DNA from: Promethearchaeati archaeon
GTDB taxonomy: Archaea > Asgardarchaeota > Heimdallarchaeia > JABLTI01
Assembly (NCBI GenBank): GCA_013166835.1
Contig: JABLTI010000088.1
Span: forward strand, 1-11,142
Direction: 5' to 3'
Length of the DNA stretch: 11,142 bases
In this document: in pieces, positions 5,064 through 11,142 of the stretch
How the letters are laid out: each line of letters begins with the position of its first letter
How positions within the stretch are numbered: the stretch's first letter is position 1
Translations under genes and position numbers: made by a program
The notes under the pieces: generated by a model
Database searches by the model: none
Seen by the model: only the letters and a program-made list of their open reading frames with translations
Told to the model about the DNA's origin: nothing

Positions 5064-8000
5064 ATGAAAGAGCAGAACAATCAACTCTTCCCAGATGTAA
5101 CTTCAAGCTTAGATTTACTTGCGCTTGAATTAGATGTACTTGAATTCTGGGAACAAAACAAAGTTTTTGAGAAGCTAGTTGAGAAAAACAGTCAATCCAC
5201 AAAGAATTATTCTTTCATAGATGGTCCTATAACTGCCAATAATCCTATGGGATTACATCATGCTTGGGGTCGCTCATTAAAAGATCTTATACAAAGATAC
5301 TGGGCTATGAAGGGTTATGAACAAAGATTTCAAAACGGATTTGATTGTCAAGGACTTTGGGTAGAAGTTGAAGTTGAAAAAGATCTTGGACTGAATTCTA
5401 AGAAAGCTATAGAAGAATTTGGTTTGGAGAATTTTTCAAATAAATGCAAGGAACGAATTGATCGCTATTCGAGTCTTATAACAAAGCAATCAAAAAGACT
5501 CGGACAATTCATGGATTGGGATAATTCATACTATACTCATACTGACACTAACATTTCGTACATTTGGTATTTTCTCAAAAAGTGCCATGAGAATGGTTGG
5601 ATAATCAAAGGTAATTTTCCGATGCCTTGGTGTACCAGATGTGGAACATCATTATCCCAACATGAACAACACGATTCATACAAGGAAATGCAACATACAG
5701 CGGTCTTTACTAAATTTCCATTGATATCTAGACAAAAAACAGAACAAGAAAAGAGCTATTTACTTGTATGGACAACTACACCTTGGACATTAACTGCGAA
5801 TACAGCTGTAGCGGTTCATCCTGATCTAACTTATTGCAAAGTTATGAAGGATAACGAAATATTATATTTAGTTGAATCAAAGCTTTCACTATTGAAAGAT
5901 GATTATGAAGTTCTGGATACTTTTCCAGGGAAAGAGCTCATTGGCTTGAAATACGAATCACCATTCAACCATCTCTTAGCTCAAAAAGGAGTTAAGCATA
6001 GAGTGATTGAATGGATAGAAGTTTCAGGTGAAGAAGGAACAGGATTTGTTCATATTGCTCCTGGCTGTGGAGCTGAAGATTATGAATTGAGTAAAATACA
6101 CAAGCTCGCTATAATCTCACCTATAGATGACTATGGAATCTTCCAAAAAGAATCTGATGAGTTTCAAGGATTATTTGTTACAGAAACTTCTGAGAAAGTT
6201 GTCGAATCATTAAGAAAAAGAAATCTTTTGCTTAAAACAGAAGAATTTACTCATAGATATCCAACGTGTTGGAGATGCCATGAAGAACTAGTATTTAGAC
6301 TAGTGCAAGAATGGTTCATCGATTCTGAACACATAAGACCTCTATTGAAAGAAGCGACAACTAAGGTAGAATGGGTTCCAAGTTTCTATGGGAAACGCAT
6401 GATAGATTGGTTAAACAATATGGGTAATTGGTGTATCTCGAGAAAGAGATACTGGGGATTACCTTTGCCTTTCTTTGAATGCAAAAGCTGTGGTGAACTC
6501 ACTGTTATCGGTACTAAAGAAGAATTATTCGAGAAAGCAGTTGATGGCTTGGATAATTTGAAAGAATTACACAGACCTTGGATTGATGAAGTGAAAATAA
6601 AATGTCCGAAATGCAACAAAATTGTTTCTAAAGTAACCGAAGTCGGTGATTGTTGGTTAGATGCCGGAATCATCCCATTTTCAACCTTGAAGTACTTAGA
6701 AGATCCTGAATATTGGAATAAGTGGTTTCCAGCAGAAGCAGTATGTGAAATGCGAGAACAAATAAGACTATGGTTTTATTCATTACTCTTCATGAGTGTC
6801 ACACTGAAAGGTGAAACACCATACAAGCGGGTTGTTGTTCATGAAAAAGTTCATGATAAAGATGGTAGAGCTATGCATAGAAGTTGGGGAAACGCAATTT
6901 GGTTCGCAGAAGCAGCTGATAAAGTTGGTGCTGAAATCATACGCTGGGCTTCAGCAAAGCAACAACTCTCACAAACGTTGAATTTTGGTTACCATTTAGA
7001 AGATGAACTTAAGCCTTTCTTCCTTACTATATGGAATATATATTCATTCTTCTCTACTTTCGCAAATTTAGATCAGTTCAAACCATATGACAAACAAATT
7101 GGTACTTTGAAGTCACAACCTTATCTTGACAAATGGTTGCTATCGAAATTAAATGGATTAGTAAAGCAAGTTCGAAAAGATCTGGACAAAATGAATTTCA
7201 AAAATGCTACTGTAGAAATTGAACAATTTGTTGATCAATTATCAACTTGGTTTTTACGTAGAAGTCGCAGAAGATTTTGGAAACATGAAAACAGCGAGGA
7301 AAAACTAAGTGGGTACTATGCACTATATGAAACATTACTAAAACTCAGTAAAATTTTAGCCCCATTTGTACCCTTTTTCAGTGAAAAACTATATCAGAAT
7401 TTGACCAAGTTCAATAATACTGAAATGCCAGCAAGTGTCCATCTTTGCGCTTATCCGAAATTTATGAAATCAAATTATAACAAAGAGCTAAATGAGAAAA
7501 TGGATGTAGTTCTTCAAGTTGTTAAACTTGGAAGATCTGCAAGAAGTGCATCAAATTTTAGATTAAGACAACCTCTCTCAGAAGTAATTGTTTGGAGCAA
7601 AGATAAAAAACTTGAAAATGCTCTGAGTGAATTTAAAAATGAAATACAATCTGAACTCAATGTCAAGAATCTTCGTTTTGCTAAAAATCCTGAGAAGTTG
7701 TTAGAGTTTAAACTTAAGTTAAATTATCAAGTTCTCGGTCCTAAACTCAGAGGGGAAATAACCTTCTTGGAAGATAAAATAAAGGAAATTGATCAGAAAA
7801 TAGTTATCGAAGCTTACTATAAGAAAGATCAAGTTTTAGAAGTAGTATTGGATCCAAGCAAGAAACCTTTGAAATTAAGACTGCATGATGACTTGATCCT
7901 TGAAGCTATACCACTAGGTGAACGCTCTATAGCAGTAAACGAAAAATTCGCTGTAGCAATTGATACAAAAATAACAGAAGATCTATTGCTAGAAGGTTTT

Positions 8001-8249
8001 GCTCGAGATATAGTACGTCATATACAAAATCTGAGGAAAGAAGAAGGATTACAGGTTACTGATAAAATAACAATAAGCTATAAGACCAAAGGAAAACTTG
8101 AACAGGCATTCACGAAATTTACTGACTATATTTGCACAGAAACATTGACCACAACTTTAACCAGAAAAGAAAAATTAACCAAAGGTGAAAGATTAACAAT
8201 TCAAGGTGAAGAGTTAATCCTATCTTTATCTAAGAATAAACAAAAATAA
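5064..8249 (+). CDS. ileS: Isoleucine--tRNA ligase (IleRS type 2-like, non-canonical GLHH / AMHRS motifs)
   Basis: DGPITAN, GFDCQGL, VWTTTPWTL editing motif, GTGFVHIAPG, HRYPTCWRC, WCISRKRYWG, RLRQPL, EGFARDIVRHIQNLRK; 1061 aa; no C-terminal IleRS1 Zn finger. Confidence 0.95.
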   Translation: MKEQNNQLFPDVTSSLDLLALELDVLEFWEQNKVFEKLVEKNSQSTKNYSFIDGPITANNPMGLHHAWGRSLKDLIQRYWAMKGYEQRFQNGFDCQGLWVEVEVEKDLGLNSKKAIEEFGLENFSNKCKERIDRYSSLITKQSKRLGQFMDWDNSYYTHTDTNISYIWYFLKKCHENGWIIKGNFPMPWCTRCGTSLSQHEQHDSYKEMQHTAVFTKFPLISRQKTEQEKSYLLVWTTTPWTLTANTAVAVHPDLTYCKVMKDNEILYLVESKLSLLKDDYEVLDTFPGKELIGLKYESPFNHLLAQKGVKHRVIEWIEVSGEEGTGFVHIAPGCGAEDYELSKIHKLAIISPIDDYGIFQKESDEFQGLFVTETSEKVVESLRKRNLLLKTEEFTHRYPTCWRCHEELVFRLVQEWFIDSEHIRPLLKEATTKVEWVPSFYGKRMIDWLNNMGNWCISRKRYWGLPLPFFECKSCGELTVIGTKEELFEKAVDGLDNLKELHRPWIDEVKIKCPKCNKIVSKVTEVGDCWLDAGIIPFSTLKYLEDPEYWNKWFPAEAVCEMREQIRLWFYSLLFMSVTLKGETPYKRVVVHEKVHDKDGRAMHRSWGNAIWFAEAADKVGAEIIRWASAKQQLSQTLNFGYHLEDELKPFFLTIWNIYSFFSTFANLDQFKPYDKQIGTLKSQPYLDKWLLSKLNGLVKQVRKDLDKMNFKNATVEIEQFVDQLSTWFLRRSRRRFWKHENSEEKLSGYYALYETLLKLSKILAPFVPFFSEKLYQNLTKFNNTEMPASVHLCAYPKFMKSNYNKELNEKMDVVLQVVKLGRSARSASNFRLRQPLSEVIVWSKDKKLENALSEFKNEIQSELNVKNLRFAKNPEKLLEFKLKLNYQVLGPKLRGEITFLEDKIKEIDQKIVIEAYYKKDQVLEVVLDPSKKPLKLRLHDDLILEAIPLGERSIAVNEKFAVAIDTKITEDLLLEGFARDIVRHIQNLRKEEGLQVTDKITISYKTKGKLEQAFTKFTDYICTETLTTTLTRKEKLTKGERLTIQGEELILSLSKNKQK

Positions 8250-8259
8250 AATTCCTCAT

Positions 8260-8300
8260 TGATAATTTACACCCGTAAATTATCATTAATTTCTTTTTTT
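8260..8300 (+). terminator. Hairpin plus oligo-T terminator of ileS (possibly bidirectional)
   Basis: Perfect 11-bp stem TGATAATTTAC-ACCC-GTAAATTATCA (8260-8285), then TTAATTTCTTTTTTT. Confidence 0.7.
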
Positions 8301-8313
8301 ATTCAATCATTTT

Positions 8314-8847
8314 TTAGAAAATTAAAAAGACAACAGTAGATATTATTGCCATACAAATACCTGCTATGAAATAAGTTAATGAATGAACAAAAGCAAAACG
8401 CAAACTTCTATCTTTTGATTCGCCAACGCTTCGTTTAGATCTTTGTTCTACAACTACTGAACGTCTGGGAACAGATAAACCTGAAAATAATAATAACAAA
8501 CCACTTTCACCAAACATTATCCATGAAAGAAAACTATCATCACTTCCTACGTTGTTTAATCCGTAATCCGTTGAAAAATAAATAATCAAGTTAACCATCA
8601 TTAAGAACCCAAGAACAATAGCAATTGCTTGGCAAATACAAGCAAAATCAAAACGATACTCTACGTAATCTTGTCTTAGAACTGTATGTTCCTCTCTGAA
8701 AGCTTCTCGGTATATTTCCTTTTTTGCTTCAGAGGGCGTACGATTTTTATAGGATTTGCGAAGTAGTTGTGAATGGGAAATTGTATCTTCATCACTTTTT
8801 TTGGAGATAGTTTTTCGTACAGCATCTAAATCCATGTCTTCGCTCAT
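8314..8847 (-). CDS. Uncharacterised 3-TM membrane protein with charged N-terminal region (paralog of the upstream gene)
   Basis: Three hydrophobic segments; likely start ATG 8847 (MSEDMDL) with AGGT upstream, which avoids overlap with the neighbour. Confidence 0.75.
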   Translation of the reverse strand: MSEDMDLDAVRKTISKKSDEDTISHSQLLRKSYKNRTPSEAKKEIYREAFREEHTVLRQDYVEYRFDFACICQAIAIVLGFLMMVNLIIYFSTDYGLNNVGSDDSFLSWIMFGESGLLLLFSGLSVPRRSVVVEQRSKRSVGESKDRSLRFAFVHSLTYFIAGICMAIISTVVFLIF

Positions 8848-8924
8848 TGGATAGAACCAACCTATAATATATAGAATTGCTTTCTCTAAAAATATATTTT
8901 CATTAGAACTATATATTATAGTGG

Positions 8925-9404
8925 TTATAGTGATTGAATAAGCCAAGCAAGAAACGATGCAAGACCAAGAAGCAATCCACTTAAGATGTAGGTATAGGCA
9001 CTACCTATAGCTATTTTTGTATCTGCACCTGTAATACTTTCACCTTTAGTAAATCTCTTCTTTATTCTGTCTATTGTAAAAGATTGACGAACAGTTCCAA
9101 TACAGCCACCAAAAATCAAGAGTAATCCTGTTTCAATAAGAAAAACCCATGATAAAAAAAAGAAAACTAATACTTCATCATATTGTCTTCCTAGAATCCA
9201 AAAAATAAGAAGAGTTATTCCAACTACAACAAAAGAAATTACAATAGCTACAATTATTACTCGAGACCATTTAAGCTTAACCTCTAGTGATTCATATGGT
9301 TCTTTTGGAATCTCAGAATCACTGATTTGTTCGATGAATTCATCTGGATCTTCACTAACTTCAGATGTAGTTTGTTGATCGGGTAATTGGGACAAGTCAA
9401 ACAA
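8925..9404 (-). CDS. Uncharacterised 3-TM membrane protein with acidic N-terminus
   Basis: Acidic N-terminal ~40 aa followed by three TM helices; start TTG 9404 or TTG 9395. Confidence 0.8.
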   Translation of the reverse strand: MFDLSQLPDQQTTSEVSEDPDEFIEQISDSEIPKEPYESLEVKLKWSRVIIVAIVISFVVVGITLLIFWILGRQYDEVLVFFFLSWVFLIETGLLLIFGGCIGTVRQSFTIDRIKKRFTKGESITGADTKIAIGSAYTYILSGLLLGLASFLAWLIQSL

Positions 9405-9454
9405 CTCAGGTTATTTTTCAGTGTGAATTTACTAAAATATTGTGAAGAATCTTA

Positions 9455-9490
9455 ATAAAAGAAAAATTTTGGGTAGCTAATAAGCTACTC
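9455..9490 (-). terminator. Hairpin plus T-rich terminator of the TM2-domain gene
   Basis: GTAGCT-AATA-AGCTAC (9473-9488); minus strand continues AAAATTTTTCTTTTATT. Confidence 0.5.
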
Positions 9491-9493
9491 AAA

Positions 9494-10768
9494 TCACTTC
9501 CAATTGAAAACTTGCTTATCATCACTATCATAGAAGCTACCGGTAATTATAGCGACAAGATCAATGAGATAACCTATACCTAGGAATCCAAATGTACAAG
9601 TGAAAACAATTCCAGTCCCAATTTTGCCGACTATATAACGTTGTAGACCAACAAAACCAATAAGTCCTAGGAATAGCAGTAAAAGTCTACTATGGGGTGA
9701 ATACTCTTTTTCTTCTTCTATTTCTTCTACACCTTTCATCTTAGACCAAATAGCACCAAGCTCTTCTCTTAAATCAAAAAATGTTTCTTTTATATATTTA
9801 CCAGGTATTGATAAAACATAATATTTCAATTTTGTGAGAGACCATACAACTGGTGGCAAGACGACTTTTTGAAATGCGAAGAACAGAACTATACAGACTA
9901 ATAGAAGAATTGCAAATATTAATGACCAGTAAGTCTCACCAAATGCTCTCGCATATTCATAATCGTAAATTATTGTTCCTGAAACTCCTCCATAGAATTC
10001 TTCGTGCCAAATCAAAAGATGATAGTGATTTTCTACTTCAGGATCTGGATTTGGATCCTTTAAAGTTTCAAATTCCAAGGTGATATTGAAGGAATCTTCC
10101 TCACCCTCATAAACACTATAAAGATTTGGTCTTTCATTTGGGTCATCTATATAGCTGTCAAATTCATCTTGTGTCATGATATAACAACTAACACTTGCAT
10201 TTACATTGAAAATCTGAACAGTGTCTTGAGTAGTTCTGTCACTTTCAAGAATTTTTTGATAATATGGTTGATAGATAGTTTCAGCTAATCCTTCAGTCCA
10301 GATGAAGTTCCCATTAACTACTTCCCCTTCTGAGTAAATTATAAGCTTGGGGCTAATTGTGGAAGTAAACTCAAATCGAAGATAACCATCACAGATATCA
10401 TGTCTGAAATAAACTGTGGGGGGATCACCTATGAAATCACGTTCGTAATCCAAATAATCCACAGTATCAAGAATGAAAATTTCTACTCGTTTATTATCTT
10501 CAGTCCAAATTTCAAAGAAATAAGAATATGAGTCTGTGTGTGCTGTACCAACAGCTGCTTCTAGTGGTAAACCAAAGACATAATCATTTAAATTATTTAA
10601 AGTAAAGTCCATTTCAGCTATAACTTCAGGTTTCGATGCTTCAATATAGAAATCAGAATAGATTAATTGATAGGTTTCTCCTTTTGTAGCAAGAAAAGGA
10701 GTTATGAGCAAACTCAGAATTATTACCGATAACATTAAACTTGACTTTCTGACTTTGAGATTATTCAT
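9494..10768 (-). CDS. Membrane protein: signal peptide, acidic ectodomain, TM helix and C-terminal TM2 domain
   Basis: N-terminal K/R plus hydrophobic signal; TM YWSLIFAILLLVCIVLFFAF; TM2 motif LGLIGFVGLQRYIVGKIGTGIVFTCTFGFLGIGYLIDLVAIITGSFYD. GAAGTGAT SD favours ATG 10768 over the track start 10813. Confidence 0.85.
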   Translation of the reverse strand: MNNLKVRKSSLMLSVIILSLLITPFLATKGETYQLIYSDFYIEASKPEVIAEMDFTLNNLNDYVFGLPLEAAVGTAHTDSYSYFFEIWTEDNKRVEIFILDTVDYLDYERDFIGDPPTVYFRHDICDGYLRFEFTSTISPKLIIYSEGEVVNGNFIWTEGLAETIYQPYYQKILESDRTTQDTVQIFNVNASVSCYIMTQDEFDSYIDDPNERPNLYSVYEGEEDSFNITLEFETLKDPNPDPEVENHYHLLIWHEEFYGGVSGTIIYDYEYARAFGETYWSLIFAILLLVCIVLFFAFQKVVLPPVVWSLTKLKYYVLSIPGKYIKETFFDLREELGAIWSKMKGVEEIEEEKEYSPHSRLLLLFLGLIGFVGLQRYIVGKIGTGIVFTCTFGFLGIGYLIDLVAIITGSFYDSDDKQVFNWK

Positions 10769-10774
10769 TTCGAT

Positions 10775-10794
10775 ATCACTTCTCGACTGATTTT
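10775..10794. repeat. 20-nt dispersed repeat, copy 2 (covers the SD of the TM2 gene)
   Basis: ATCACTTCTCGACTGATTTT; minus strand AAAATCAGTCGAGAAGTGAT ends 6 nt before ATG 10768. Confidence 0.75.
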
Positions 10795-10844
10795 TTGAAC
10801 TACGATTTATCAAAGACTAATGATTATCAATTTTACTTCTGTCT

Positions 10845-10858
10845 TTTATATATTTTCG
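10845..10858 (-). promoter_or_regulatory. BRE-TATA promoter of the TM2-domain gene
   Basis: Minus strand reads CGAAAA-TATATAAA, about 77 nt upstream of the ATG. Confidence 0.55.
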
Positions 10859-10960
10859 TGGTCTTGAAATTAAGTATGAAACTTGGTTTTAAAGGATTTT
10901 CCTCAGAATGTTATTTGAAATAATGATTAAGAAGCAAGTACAAAAACAACTGCTCGGAAC

Positions 10961-10998
10961 AAAAAAAAGAAAAAAGAAATAAGCCGTGTGGCTTATTT
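10961..10998 (-). terminator. Hairpin plus oligo-T terminator overlapping the stop of the last gene
   Basis: AAATAAGCC-GTGT-GGCTTATTT perfect 9-bp stem (10977-10998); A-tract 10961-10975 is a U-tract on the minus strand. Confidence 0.7.
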
Positions 10999-11142
10999 TC
11001 TTCTCTTTAAGAAGAAGACTTGACTTGCACCAGCAAGAGCTAGTATTCCTATTACAACGTATAGACCAATACCTGTAATTGATGTTTCTGGATAAACGAA
11101 ACCAGCATCTTCCATCTTTTGTTTGGCGAGGTCAATACTGTA
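10993..11142 (-). CDS. 3' end of a C-terminally anchored surface protein, probably an ABC-transporter family-5 (peptide/nickel) solute-binding protein (partial)
   Basis: Manual translation YSIDLAKQKMEDAGFVYPETSITGIGLYVVIGILALAGASQVFFLKRRK*. YxxxxAKxxMExAG resembles the DppA/OppA YDxEKAKxLLxEAG motif; TM helix plus KRRK tail. Runs off the window edge. Confidence 0.65.
   Translation of the reverse strand, partial: YSIDLAKQKMEDAGFVYPETSITGIGLYVVIGILALAGASQVFFLKRRK

Larger units (their letters stand above)
4878..5067 (+). promoter_or_regulatory. Structured ~190-nt ileS 5' leader with short uORFs (candidate attenuator or ncRNA)
   Basis: Long irregular hairpin 4886-4976, alternative stem 4966-4971/4998-5003, four uORFs each with an Ile codon. 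Confidence 0.4.

Noticed and set aside
6386-6673. 95-aa minus-strand ORF
   Set aside because: Antisense shadow of ileS.
8848-8946. N-terminal 33-aa extension of the 210-aa ORF
   Set aside because: It overlaps the neighbouring gene's end and AT-rich promoter-like DNA; ATG 8847 is the better start.
9853-10083. 76-aa plus-strand ORF
   Set aside because: Antisense to the TM2-domain gene; no recognisable motif or RBS.

Overview
AT-rich archaeal chromosomal window, most likely from an Asgard archaeon (inferred from a two-domain gelsolin, an archaeal TBP, a beta-RFAP synthase, TATA/BRE promoters and GGTGA/GGAG Shine-Dalgarno sites). Gene order: EamA/DMT transporter (+), an unannotated 57-aa CxxC zinc-ribbon gene (-), YbjN-like protein (+), beta-RFAP synthase (-), 2-domain gelsolin (+), a start-less membrane-protein remnant (+), TBP (-), a complex tbp/ileS intergenic region, IleRS with non-canonical GLHH and AMHRS signature motifs (+), two tandem paralogous 3-TM proteins (-), a receptor-like TM2-domain protein (-), and the C-terminus of a membrane-anchored probable ABC solute-binding protein (-). 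The most unusual non-coding signals lie in 4700-5067. These are a palindromic cluster of TATA boxes upstream of tbp, a structured ileS leader with a chain of short Ile-codon uORFs (candidate archaeal attenuator), and a 20-nt segment nearly identical to the RBS region of the TM2 gene 5.8 kb away. No rRNA, tRNA, CRISPR or mobile element was recognised.
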